A model generated the notes under the pieces. The model was not told the origin of the DNA and did no database searches. It saw only the letters and a program-made list of their open reading frames with translations. This document shows positions 1 through 8,946 of a stretch of DNA of 64,000 nt, one piece after another. Position 1 is the stretch's first letter. Each line of letters starts with the position of its first letter. The position numbers and the translations under genes were made by a program. Source of the DNA: Desulfovibrio sp. (GTDB lineage Bacteria > Desulfobacterota > Desulfovibrionia > Desulfovibrionales > Desulfovibrionaceae); contig JAISTH010000079.1 in the NCBI GenBank assembly GCA_031272715.1, positions 2,805 to 66,804 of the forward strand. The letters are read 5' to 3'.

Positions 1-232
1 TGCGCACGCAGACGGCGGGACATCGGACGCACTTGTCCAGCCCGAGACATCGGCCCTTGTTGTAGGCCAGTTCCGGCTGGGGACGCTGGGATTCGGGATT
101 GCTGCACCAGCGGCAGGAGAGGGCGCACCCCTTGAGGAACACGAGGGTCCGTATGCCGGGGCCGTCGTGGATGGAGTACTTCTGGATGTTGAACACGGTG
201 CCGGCGTGGCGGCGGTCGTCGGTCTCTTCCAT
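1..232 (-). CDS. islB: Glycyl-radical enzyme activating enzyme (radical SAM), IslB/IseH-like; partial, runs off the window's left edge
   Basis: Manual translation from ATG at 232: [49 protein letters not shown], with the HDGPGIRT and CxxxCxxC GRE-activase motifs, followed by the start of a ferredoxin-like Cys cluster. Lies directly downstream of the GRE gene. Confidence 0.93.
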   Translation of the reverse strand, partial: MEETDDRRHAGTVFNIQKYSIHDGPGIRTLVFLKGCALSCRWCSNPESQRPQPELAYNKGRCLGLDKCVRCPAVCVR

Positions 233-356
233 GTCCGGCGTTCCCCCGGGGTTTCTATGACAGCGCCCCGGCGGCGGGGCCGCGGAGGGTTCGTGCGGTG
301 CGCGGCCATCGGCGAGATCGATCCGGCGGCCGTTCGCGGATAGCTCAAGAAAGCGC

Positions 357-393
357 GCCGCGCCGGCGCTCCCCCCCGGAGCCCCGGCGCGGC
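357..393 (-). other. GC-rich stem-loop between islA and islB
   Basis: GCCGCGCCGGCGCTCC-CCCCC-GGAGCCCCGGCGCGGC near-perfect inverted repeat just after the islA stop; no U-tract. Confidence 0.55.
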
Positions 394-402
394 CAGGCCG
401 CA

Positions 403-2898
403 TCAGAGCGCACCGTGCTCCGTGCGGGCTATCAGGTCGTTCTGCAGGTCCGGGGACAGATCCACGAAGTAGGCGCTGTACCCGGCGATGCGCACGATGA
501 GGTTCCGGTACTTCCGCGGATCCTTCTGGGCCGCCAGCAGAGTTTCGCGGCTGATGACGTTGAACTGGACGTGCCACAGCTTCAGGTCGCAGAAGGTCCG
601 GATGAAGGCCACCAGCTTCTCCGTGCCCTGGTCACCCTCAAGGCACTTCGGGGTGAACTTGACGTTGAGCATCCGCGCGGCCCGCGCCCGGTATCCCATG
701 TTCTTCGTGTTGAAGTTGGAGAGCATGACGGCGGTGGGCCCGTTCACGTCGGCCCCATGGGAGGCGGAGGAACCGTCCGACAGGGGGAACCATTCCGTGC
801 GGCCGTTGGGGGTGGCGGACACCACCTTGCCGAAGGGCACGTGGGAGGTGAAGGGCACGTAACGGACATCGTTGTGGATGCCCAGATCCTTCATGGAGTA
901 CTTGTCGCCGTACTCCACGGATATCCTGTCGATGTCGCGGCCGATGGCGTCGGCGTAAGGATCGTTGTTGCCGTAGCAGGGGGCGGTGCGCAGGAGGGCC
1001 TTGACGTCCTCGTGCCCCTCGAAGTTGGCGTCGATGGCCGCGAGGAGTTCGTCCATCGTCAGCCGCCGGTCCTCGTAGACCAGCTTCTTCACCGCCGCCA
1101 GGGAGTCCACCACGGTGCCCAGCCCCATGTACTCGAAGTACCCGAAGTCCAGTCCCTCCGGAATGTCCGGCTGGTGCAGGTCGATGCAGTGCTTCATGCA
1201 CAGGTCGTGGATGGCCGACCCCATGGGCTGCGCGAAATGCCGCGCCCGCAGGTCGATGATGATGCGCTGCTGGATGAAGGCGGCCTTCATGAAGAGCAGG
1301 TGCTGCTGCACGTAGGCGTCCCAGAACTGCTCCCAGGTCGCGAAGGAGCGGGGATCCCCGGTTTCGACCCCGAGGACCCGGTCCCCGTACTTCTTCATCC
1401 TGCCGTTGCGCAGCACCATTTCCACGGCCGCGGCGAAGTTGATGTACGCGCCTCCGGAGGTGTAGGTGTCCCGGTTGGGCATGCGGGCCTCGGTGCATCC
1501 GGAGACGGCGTAGTCCAGGGCCTCCTCGAAGGTCGCCCCCTTGGACACGTACAGGGGGACCACTTCCTCGTCGTTGATGAGCTTGGGGAAGCCGGACCCG
1601 TACTTGATCGTCTCGGCCACGTCCCACAGGTAGCGTTCGGGGGCGCGGGAATGGATGCGGGCGGCGAGATCGGGGTAGTGCAGGGGGAATTCCCGCTTGG
1701 ACTTGAGGAAGAGGTAGGTGAGGTCGTTGGAGGCATCGCGGCCGTCGGGGGTCTGCCCGCCGACGGTGACGGCCTCCCAGTGGGCGTAGCCCTCGTTGAA
1801 GGCGCCTCCCGTGGGGGAGATGTACATGTCGATGAATTCCGCCATGCCCACCCACATGCACTCAAGAAGCTCGATGGTCTTGGCGTCGGTGAGGGTGCCG
1901 TCCTCCTTCCCTTTCCTGTAGTAGGGGTAGAGGTACTGGTCCATCCGGCCGTTGGAGATGGTGGTGCCGGTCTTCTGCTCGAGGCGCGAGAACATCTGGA
2001 CGAACCACTGGGACTGGCAGGCCTCGTAGAAGTCCCTGGCGGGCAGTGCGGGCACACGCTCGGCGTTCTCGGCCATGCGCAGGAGTTCGCTCTTGCGCGC
2101 GGGATCGTACTCGATTCCGGCCATTTCCCGGGCCAGGGCCGCGTGGCGTCGCGCCCAGAGGACTATGGCCTCGCTGACGATGATCACCGCCTCGAGGAAG
2201 GGGCGCTTCCTGCAGTAGTCACCGGCGCTCAGGGGGTCCAGGGCGTCCAGCTTCTCCTGCGCCTCCCTGCGGATGTCGTCGAAGCCGCGGCGCAGGACCT
2301 TCTCGTAGTCGTGGACCCACTGGATGGAGGAGCGGAAGGAGGCCGTCTCGTTCACGATGAACCGGGAGACCAGGCCTTCGGGGTCGTCATAGGTGAGCTT
2401 GTGGATCTCGGGAGGCAGGGCGGCGTTGAGGGCCTCGTGGAAGGTCTTGCCCTTCCAGTAGGGGGCGATCTCCTCAACGACCCGTTTCGCGTCCTCCGGG
2501 GTGATGGTGGCCGGGGACGTGGCGCGTGTCGGCAGGTCCCGCACGGCGATGTCCAGGAAGTCCCCGTCCAGTTCCGGATAGAGGATGCCGTAGCGGCCGT
2601 CGCACCCGGCGCGGCCCAGCAGGAGCTGGTCCTGCTGGACGTGGACGGTGATGTTCTCGGCGATGTGCCTAAGCGCCTTCGCCCAGCGCAGCACGAGGGG
2701 CTGGCCTTCGGTCTCGCGCATGGACTGGGTGAAATAGAGGGCGCGTTCGATGTCGATGCGGGGCTTCTGCCCCTCGAAGCGCTCGAGCAGCCGGAACACG
2801 CGGGCGTGGCTCTTGCGGTGCCGGTCCTCCTTGCCGGCCATGGCATCGTACAGGCGCCGTTCCTGGGGTGACAGACAGTCGCAGGGCATCGTATCCAT
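403..2898 (-). CDS. islA: Glycyl radical enzyme, isethionate sulfite-lyase (IslA/IseG) type, 831 aa
   Basis: RBS GGAGG before ATG 2898. Has the glycyl loop RIAGYSAYF and Cys loop SGCTE. Motifs [24 protein letters not shown] and [10 protein letters not shown] match my recollection of Bilophila/Desulfovibrio IslA, including the sulfonate-binding Arg/Gln/Arg. Confidence 0.9.
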   Translation of the reverse strand: MDTMPCDCLSPQERRLYDAMAGKEDRHRKSHARVFRLLERFEGQKPRIDIERALYFTQSMRETEGQPLVLRWAKALRHIAENITVHVQQDQLLLGRAGCDGRYGILYPELDGDFLDIAVRDLPTRATSPATITPEDAKRVVEEIAPYWKGKTFHEALNAALPPEIHKLTYDDPEGLVSRFIVNETASFRSSIQWVHDYEKVLRRGFDDIRREAQEKLDALDPLSAGDYCRKRPFLEAVIIVSEAIVLWARRHAALAREMAGIEYDPARKSELLRMAENAERVPALPARDFYEACQSQWFVQMFSRLEQKTGTTISNGRMDQYLYPYYRKGKEDGTLTDAKTIELLECMWVGMAEFIDMYISPTGGAFNEGYAHWEAVTVGGQTPDGRDASNDLTYLFLKSKREFPLHYPDLAARIHSRAPERYLWDVAETIKYGSGFPKLINDEEVVPLYVSKGATFEEALDYAVSGCTEARMPNRDTYTSGGAYINFAAAVEMVLRNGRMKKYGDRVLGVETGDPRSFATWEQFWDAYVQQHLLFMKAAFIQQRIIIDLRARHFAQPMGSAIHDLCMKHCIDLHQPDIPEGLDFGYFEYMGLGTVVDSLAAVKKLVYEDRRLTMDELLAAIDANFEGHEDVKALLRTAPCYGNNDPYADAIGRDIDRISVEYGDKYSMKDLGIHNDVRYVPFTSHVPFGKVVSATPNGRTEWFPLSDGSSASHGADVNGPTAVMLSNFNTKNMGYRARAARMLNVKFTPKCLEGDQGTEKLVAFIRTFCDLKLWHVQFNVISRETLLAAQKDPRKYRNLIVRIAGYSAYFVDLSPDLQNDLIARTEHGAL

Positions 2899-3059
2899 GT
2901 ATCGTTTCCTCCCGTGCCCCCGGCCCGTCCACCCGGGAGGGGCGGACGGCGGGGAGACAAGTCGATCTTCGAGACGGCCGCCGGGCATGGCGGCGGGACG
3001 CGGATGCGTCCCGGGCCCGTCCGGGTCCTAACGACCGGGCGGACGCCAGGGCGGGTGAA

Positions 3060-3074
3060 GCATACACCGTGCCA
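3060..3074 (-). promoter_or_regulatory. sigma54 (-24/-12) promoter for islAB
   Basis: Minus strand reads TGGCAC-GGTGT-ATGC, with correct GG-N10-GC spacing, ~160 bp upstream of islA. Confidence 0.75.
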
Positions 3075-3158
3075 GAGCGTCGGAATCGGCCGTGGACGGG
3101 ACAGCGCCAGCGTCCATCGGACACGGACGATGCGCGAACGAGACGGCCCCGCCGGATC

Positions 3159-3342
3159 GTTGCAATTCTGCAACAACCGGGAATCGTTCCTGATTGTTTG
3201 TCGCAGTTTTGCATCATCGCAAAGTCCACCGTTTTCGTATACTTTCCCCGCACGACAGGCAACCCGACATGCCCTCCGCAACGCCCTCCCCCGCGCGTCC
3301 CGCGAGGGACCGGGCCGCCGAGGCCTGTCGCAATTCTGCGAC
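3159..3342. promoter_or_regulatory. Three palindromic candidate enhancer (UAS) sites
   Basis: GTTGCAATTCTGCAAC (3159-3174), GTCGCAGTTTTGCATC (3200-3215) and GTCGCAATTCTGCGAC (3327-3342) lie between the two divergent sigma54 promoters. Confidence 0.7.
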
Positions 3343-3438
3343 TCACTCGTGCCGGCCGATGGCACCGGACCCGCCGCGCGCGGCCGCTGGGCGCCACCGG
3401 CGCAGTCCCGACGCCGGGACGTCCCCACATCCCGGCCA

Positions 3439-3454
3439 TGGCACAATTCGTGCT
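3439..3454 (+). promoter_or_regulatory. sigma54 (-24/-12) promoter for the adh-TRAP-BMC operon
   Basis: TGGCAC-AATTC-GTGCT with GG-N10-GC spacing, ~60 bp upstream of the GTG start. Confidence 0.75.
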
Positions 3455-3511
3455 TCGGGTCCACAGGCACGACAGGGTCGCTCCCCCCCCCTACCCATCC
3501 AGGAGTTCCCC

Positions 3512-4663
3512 GTGTACACGACCTTCCAGACGCCAGGCCGCATCATCCACGGCGAAGGCTGCATCGAATCCCTCGCCTCGGAAGTCGAACGGCTGGGGTG
3601 CGGCCGCGTCCTCATCGTCACGGACCCCGGCATCGTCGAGTGCGGCGCCCACCGCCTCGCCGAGGCGACCCTCGCCAAGGCGGGCATCCCCTACGCCCTC
3701 TGCGCCGACGTGGAGTCCGATCCATCCCCTGCCTGCGTCGAACGCTGCGCAAAGGCGTTCAAGGATTTCTCCCCGGACGTCATCGTCGGCCTCGGCGGCG
3801 GCAGTTCCATGGACGTGGCGAAGGCCGTGGCCCTCGTCGCCGCCCACGGCACCCCCGCCCAGCGGTTCTTCGGCATCGAACTGGTCCCCTCCCCGTGCCC
3901 GCCCACCATCCTCGTCCCCACCACCGCGGGCACGGCCAGCGAGACCACATCCATCACGGTGCTCCTCGACCCCGAGACCCAGTCCAAGAAAGGCATCGTC
4001 AGCTCCCACCTCTTCGCGAAGACCGTCATCCTGGACCCACTCCTCACGCTGAGCCTGCCGCCCTTCTGGACCGCCACCACCGGCATCGACGCCCTCGTCC
4101 ACGCCATAGAGTCCTACGTCAACCTGGGGGCCACGCCGATCACCGAAGGCATGTGCCTGCAGGCGATGCGGCTCATCGTCCCCAACATCCGCAAGGCATA
4201 CGCCAACGGCGGGAACCGCGAGGCCAGGGCGGCCATGCTCTATGGCGCGTCCCTCGCCGGCATGGGCTTCTCCAACACCCAGAACGGCATCATCCACGCC
4301 ATCGGACACGCCGTCCTCGCCTCCCACCACCTGCCCCACGGACTCCTCATGGCGGCCGCGAGTCCCATGGGCATGGCATTCAACGCACTGGCCGCCCCGG
4401 AAAAGTTCGCGACCATCGCGGGCATCCTCGGCGTCGACTGTTCCCGCGGCAACGTGAACGACCTCGCACGCCAGGCCTCGGAGGCGATGAAACGCCTGCT
4501 CATGGATCTCGACATCGCTCCCGGACTTGCCGCCCACGGCGTCCTCCCGGAGGAGATCCCCGGCATCGCCGAACGGGCCGTGGCGGATGCGCGCCTCATG
4601 GCGAGGAACCCCAGACGCGCCACGGTCGGGGAAGTGGAAGCCCTGCTGCACAGGCATTTCTGA
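3512..4663 (+). CDS. Iron-containing (group III) alcohol dehydrogenase
   Basis: RBS AGGAG then GTG at 3512. Motifs GGGSSMD, PTTAGT, DALVHAIE, IIHAIGH and HG (metal ligands). Confidence 0.9.
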   Translation: MYTTFQTPGRIIHGEGCIESLASEVERLGCGRVLIVTDPGIVECGAHRLAEATLAKAGIPYALCADVESDPSPACVERCAKAFKDFSPDVIVGLGGGSSMDVAKAVALVAAHGTPAQRFFGIELVPSPCPPTILVPTTAGTASETTSITVLLDPETQSKKGIVSSHLFAKTVILDPLLTLSLPPFWTATTGIDALVHAIESYVNLGATPITEGMCLQAMRLIVPNIRKAYANGGNREARAAMLYGASLAGMGFSNTQNGIIHAIGHAVLASHHLPHGLLMAAASPMGMAFNALAAPEKFATIAGILGVDCSRGNVNDLARQASEAMKRLLMDLDIAPGLAAHGVLPEEIPGIAERAVADARLMARNPRRATVGEVEALLHRHF

Positions 4664-4899
4664 AGCGACCCTGCCCCTGTCTGAGGCAGGGGCGCCCCCC
4701 CCCAGCGGATCGACACGGACGGATCCGCACCGGATACGCCCTCCGGGAACGTCGCGGCGAAGTCGCGACAAGCCACAAGGAGGTGAACGACGCGCAAAGG
4801 AAATGGGCCAGACCCGGCCGGATACCGCCGCCCCCCTGCGGGAGTCGGCCGACGCCGGCCGCAACCGTTCACGGCACACCCCAAGCAAAGGACAACCGT

Positions 4900-6018
4900 A
4901 TGAAGAAACTGCTGATCGCCTTCATGTGCGCCGCACTGCTGGCCGTCACCGGCACAGCCGCACAGGCCGCGCAGACCTACGAGCTGAAGATCCAGACGTC
5001 CCTGGCCACCTCCAGCATGTATTTCAGGACCCTTGAACGCTTCAAGAAGAACCTCGAGGCGCTGACCAGCGGCCAGATCAAGGTCGAACTGCTGGCCGAG
5101 GGCGCCGTGGTCAAAGGTTTCGAAGTCTTCGAGGCCGTCAGCGAGGGCATCATCACCGGCGGCATGTCCTGGACCCACTGGGCCTCGGGCAAGCATCCCG
5201 CCGGCGTGCTCTTCTCCGCCCCCGTCGGGGGCCTCGGCCTCGGCCTCGACCAGATAAGCGTCCTGTCCTGGATGTGGGACGGGGACGGCCTCGCCCTGCT
5301 GAACGAGTACTATCAGCAAATGGTGAAGGTGAAGCTGCGGGCCTATCCCGTCCTGCCCATGGGACCGGAGTGCTTCGGATGGTTCCACAAGAAGTACACG
5401 TCCTTCGAGGAGATCAACAAGCTCACCTTCCGGGCCCCGCCCGGAGTGCCCACCGAGGTCTTCAAGGCCATGGGCATGCCCGTCGTCTCCATGCCCGGCG
5501 GCGAGATCATCCCCGCCGCCCAGCGCGGCGCCATCGACGCCGCCGAATGGATCGCCCCGGGAGAGGATCTGCCCATGGGCTTCGCCGAAGTCTGGAAGCA
5601 CTACTACCTGCAGGGCCTCCACCAGGCCATCTCCATCGGCGACGTCTACATCAACATCGAATGGTACGAAAAGCTCCCCGCCAACCTGAAGGCGGCCGTC
5701 GAAGTGGCCATGAAGGCCTGCCTCGCCGACCAGATGCTGGCCAACATCAGCGTCAACTCCAAGGCGCTCCAGACCATGGTCCGGGACAAGGGGGTCATCA
5801 TCGAGGAAACCCCCAAGGAATACTATGCGAAATTCATGCAGGCTACCAAGACCGTGCTGGAAAAGTACATGAAGGATCCCTTCTTCAAGAAGGTCTACGA
5901 CTCGGAACTTGCTTGGGCCAAGATGACGGTCCCCTTCCAGGTCCGTTCCAACGGCCTCTACTACCAGATCGGCAAGACCGCCATGGATGAAGGCGTCATC
6001 ACGGACTACCAGAAGTAG
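4900..6018 (+). CDS. dctP: TRAP transporter solute-binding protein, DctP/TakP-like
   Basis: Signal peptide MKKLLIAF...AAQA. Motifs GWF, FRAPPG, MPGGEIIPAAQRGAIDAAEW typical of TakP/FcbT1-like SBPs. Followed by dctQ and dctM. Confidence 0.9.
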   Translation: MKKLLIAFMCAALLAVTGTAAQAAQTYELKIQTSLATSSMYFRTLERFKKNLEALTSGQIKVELLAEGAVVKGFEVFEAVSEGIITGGMSWTHWASGKHPAGVLFSAPVGGLGLGLDQISVLSWMWDGDGLALLNEYYQQMVKVKLRAYPVLPMGPECFGWFHKKYTSFEEINKLTFRAPPGVPTEVFKAMGMPVVSMPGGEIIPAAQRGAIDAAEWIAPGEDLPMGFAEVWKHYYLQGLHQAISIGDVYINIEWYEKLPANLKAAVEVAMKACLADQMLANISVNSKALQTMVRDKGVIIEETPKEYYAKFMQATKTVLEKYMKDPFFKKVYDSELAWAKMTVPFQVRSNGLYYQIGKTAMDEGVITDYQK

Positions 6019-6024
6019 CACAGC

Positions 6025-6057
6025 CGCCGGGAGAGGGGACGATCCCCTCTCCCGGCG
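6025..6057 (+). other. Stem-loop after the SBP gene (mRNA stabiliser or partial terminator)
   Basis: CGCCGGGAGAGGGGA-CGA-TCCCCTCTCCCGGCG, a perfect 15-bp stem right after the dctP stop. Confidence 0.65.
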
Positions 6058-6090
6058 CCTCTCGTCCACACTCGCGCCAGGGAGGTCCCC

Positions 6091-6678
6091 ATGGCTTCGG
6101 ATGTCGCGGAAAGGCCGGATCCTCGTGTCCCTTCCTCCGTCAGCAAATGCATCTGCATGCTGGACGGCCTGAACGTCGGGGTGGGAAAGATCGCCGCATG
6201 GCTCGCCATCCCCATGATGCTGAGCCTCATCATCGAGGTGGTCATGCGCTACGCCTTCCGGCAGCCCACCATCTGGGCCATGGACATGGCCGTCATCCTC
6301 TACGGCATCCACTTCATGCTGGGGTCGGCCTACTGCCTCAGGGAAGGGCAGCACATCCGCACGGACTTCTTCTATCACAACTGGTCCGTGCGCAAGAAGG
6401 CCGCAGCGGACCTCTTCAACTACATCGTCCTCTTCTTCCCGGCCCACATCGTGTTCTTCTACGTGAGCTGCGGCTATTTCTACAAGTCTTTCGCCCACAA
6501 CGAAACCGCCGTCACGAGTCCTTGGGCCCCCATCATATGGCCTGCAAAACTGGCCATCCCGGTATGCGTGTTCCTGACACTCCTCCAGGGCGTCTCGGAG
6601 GTGCTCAAGTGCATCTACCGATACAAGACCGGCGAGGATCTCTGGCCCGTCTCCGAAATCGCAGAAGCTGAAGACTAA
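6091..6678 (+). CDS. dctQ: TRAP transporter small permease
   Basis: Four hydrophobic segments; EVVMRYAF..PTIWA and GQHIRTD motifs. Confidence 0.9.
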   Translation: MASDVAERPDPRVPSSVSKCICMLDGLNVGVGKIAAWLAIPMMLSLIIEVVMRYAFRQPTIWAMDMAVILYGIHFMLGSAYCLREGQHIRTDFFYHNWSVRKKAAADLFNYIVLFFPAHIVFFYVSCGYFYKSFAHNETAVTSPWAPIIWPAKLAIPVCVFLTLLQGVSEVLKCIYRYKTGEDLWPVSEIAEAED

Positions 6679-6715
6679 ACCTGCGGCCACCCACGCATCA
6701 CGAGGAGCACGCCCC

Positions 6716-8041
6716 ATGGACATGTCCTACAACGAACTGCTCGCCCTGCTTTCCCTGGCCGGGATGTTCGGCGCCTTCTGCCTGGGCTTCCCCATCTCCT
6801 ACACGATGATCTTCAGCGGACTGATCTTCGGCTACCTCGGCATCGGCAAGATCGTCTTCTACCTGCTGACGATGCAGTTCTACCAGGTGATGAGCGACCC
6901 CATCATGGGAGCCATCCCCTTCTTCCTGCTCATGGGATACCTGCTGGAGGGGGCGGGGCTCATGGACAGGCTCTTCAAGTCCTTCCAGCTGCTCTTCGCC
7001 AAGCTCCCCGGATCCCTCTACAGCGCCATCGTCCTCACCGGCACCATCTTCGCCGCCGCCACCGGCATCGTGGGATCGTCGGTGAACCTGCTGTGCATCA
7101 TGTCGGAACCGTCCATGCGGGCCAGCGGCTACAACATCCGCATGGGAGCGGGATGCATCGCCGCCGCGGGAACCCTCGGCATCCTCATCCCCCCCAGCAT
7201 CATGCTGGTGGTGCTCGGCCCCATCATGGGCCTGCCCATCACGGACCTCTTCGCCGCAGCCATCCTGCCGGGCCTGCTGCTGGCCTCCATCTACATCGTC
7301 TACTCCCTGGTCAAGTGCGCCATCTGGCCCGAATACGGCCCGCCCCTGCCCAAGGACATGTGGCCCACGAGCTACCTGACCGTCTTCAAGGAAATGGTCG
7401 TGGGGGTCTTCCCCCTGCTGGTGCTCATCTTCGCCACCCTCGGCAGCATCCTCATGGGCATCGCCACACCCACGGAGGCCTCCGCCTGCGGCGCCTTCGG
7501 CGCCCTGATCCTCGTGATCGCCTACGGCAAGTTCACGTGGAAGAACCTGTCCAAGGCCCTCCACAGCACCATCCTGCTCTCGGCGATGATCCTCGTGATG
7601 ATCGCCTCCTGCAATTTCTTCGGGTCGGTGTTCTCCCGCCTCGGCGGGGCGACATGGCTCTCCAACGCCCTGCTGGCCGTCAACGCCCCGCCCATGCTCA
7701 TGCTCATCCTCATCATGACCATCATCTTCTTCATGGGCTGGGCCATGGAGTGGATCCCCATCGTCCTCATCCTGATCCCCCTGCTCATGCCCGTGGTGGA
7801 CGCCATGGGCTACGACAAGCTGTGGTACTGCCTCGTGGTGGCCGTCACCCTGCAGACCTCCTGGCTGTCCCCGCCCGTGGCCCTCTCCTGCTACTTCATC
7901 AAGGGGAGCCTGCCCCACTGGAAGCTGGTGGACATCTACAAGGGCATGTTCCAGTACATCTTCTGCCAGCTGCTGGGGCTGGCGCTGATCATCCTCTTCC
8001 CCGCCATCGTGACCTTCCTGCCCCAGTGGTTCAAATCCTGA
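6716..8041 (+). CDS. dctM: TRAP transporter large permease
   Basis: AIPFFLLMG, GTLGILIPPSI, TPTEA and SPPVA motifs; highly hydrophobic. Confidence 0.93.
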   Translation: MDMSYNELLALLSLAGMFGAFCLGFPISYTMIFSGLIFGYLGIGKIVFYLLTMQFYQVMSDPIMGAIPFFLLMGYLLEGAGLMDRLFKSFQLLFAKLPGSLYSAIVLTGTIFAAATGIVGSSVNLLCIMSEPSMRASGYNIRMGAGCIAAAGTLGILIPPSIMLVVLGPIMGLPITDLFAAAILPGLLLASIYIVYSLVKCAIWPEYGPPLPKDMWPTSYLTVFKEMVVGVFPLLVLIFATLGSILMGIATPTEASACGAFGALILVIAYGKFTWKNLSKALHSTILLSAMILVMIASCNFFGSVFSRLGGATWLSNALLAVNAPPMLMLILIMTIIFFMGWAMEWIPIVLILIPLLMPVVDAMGYDKLWYCLVVAVTLQTSWLSPPVALSCYFIKGSLPHWKLVDIYKGMFQYIFCQLLGLALIILFPAIVTFLPQWFKS

Positions 8042-8054
8042 GGGGCGACGGGAG

Positions 8055-8846
8055 ATGTTCGGGACATCCGCCATGCACGGGACCGCTCGCCGCATCCGCC
8101 TTCCGCTCCTGCTGGCGGCGATGCTCTGTCTCGCCCTCGCGGCCGGTTCCGCGGCCGCGGCCACGGACGGAAAGGGCGCGCCCAAGGCAGGGACCGGGAC
8201 GACGACGGCCAAGGGCAATGCGGACGCCACCCCGGCCGGGACGTCCCCGGCGCTTTTCGGGGAGTTCCGATACAACGCCCCGAAGGCGGAAATCGCAGCC
8301 CTGAAAGATGCCGTCCCCGCCGAAGGGGAGTTCGCCGGGGACATCCTGCTGCCCCCGGCCGACTTCGCCGGACACCGATGGACGCCGCGGCTGTCCTTCG
8401 ACGGGGACCGGCTCGTCCGGGTCAGCCTGATGGCCCGGGTTCCCGCCCTGGAATCCGAGCGCCTGGAGGCGGTCCGCGGCCATCTGGCGAAGGAAGGGTA
8501 CGAGGTGCTGGGGCTCGTGGCCGACGGGAAGACCCTGGACTGCATCTCCCGCCTCAAGATCGGCTACGCCACCACAGGGGACGCCCCGGCGGCCCTCGCG
8601 AAGGACATGGCGAAGTTCCTCGAAGGCCGGCACGCGCGGATCACCTACGCATGGTTCGACACGAAGGGCCTCTCCCGGGAGAACAAGCGCACGGCCCGCA
8701 ATCTCGGGGACTTCCTCGTGCTGGCCCCCGCCGAGACCCGTGAGGCGGAGGTCACCCTGATCCCGGACCCCGGGGGCAAGGAGGCAATGCTCCTCGTGGA
8801 CTTCACCTACCCGATCCTTGACGCGATGCGGAACGGCCAGAAATGA
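8055..8846 (+). CDS. Hypothetical exported protein
   Basis: Operon-internal ORF with host-like codon usage; RRIRLPLLLAAMLCLALAAGSAAA signal peptide followed by an Ala/Thr-rich linker. Start may be 8073. Confidence 0.7.
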   Translation: MFGTSAMHGTARRIRLPLLLAAMLCLALAAGSAAAATDGKGAPKAGTGTTTAKGNADATPAGTSPALFGEFRYNAPKAEIAALKDAVPAEGEFAGDILLPPADFAGHRWTPRLSFDGDRLVRVSLMARVPALESERLEAVRGHLAKEGYEVLGLVADGKTLDCISRLKIGYATTGDAPAALAKDMAKFLEGRHARITYAWFDTKGLSRENKRTARNLGDFLVLAPAETREAEVTLIPDPGGKEAMLLVDFTYPILDAMRNGQK

Positions 8847-8946
8847 GGCGACCAGGCGCATCCCGAGGCGACCTCCGTCGCGCCGGCGATGCCACGGTCG
8901 GAACGGACCCCGGACATCACCGAAGCCCCCAACGACGAGGTTCCCA

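Noticed and set aside
403-2898. Annotation as pyruvate formate-lyase or choline TMA-lyase (CutC)
   Set aside because: Single-Cys SGCTE loop rather than the PFL CC pair or the CutC GCVEP loop; IslA-type motifs and a TauE/TRAP context.
2914-4899. 1034-aa ORF as a giant fused DctP
   Set aside because: The upstream part is an off-frame read through the promoter region and adh gene; the real start is ATG 4900 with an RBS and signal peptide.
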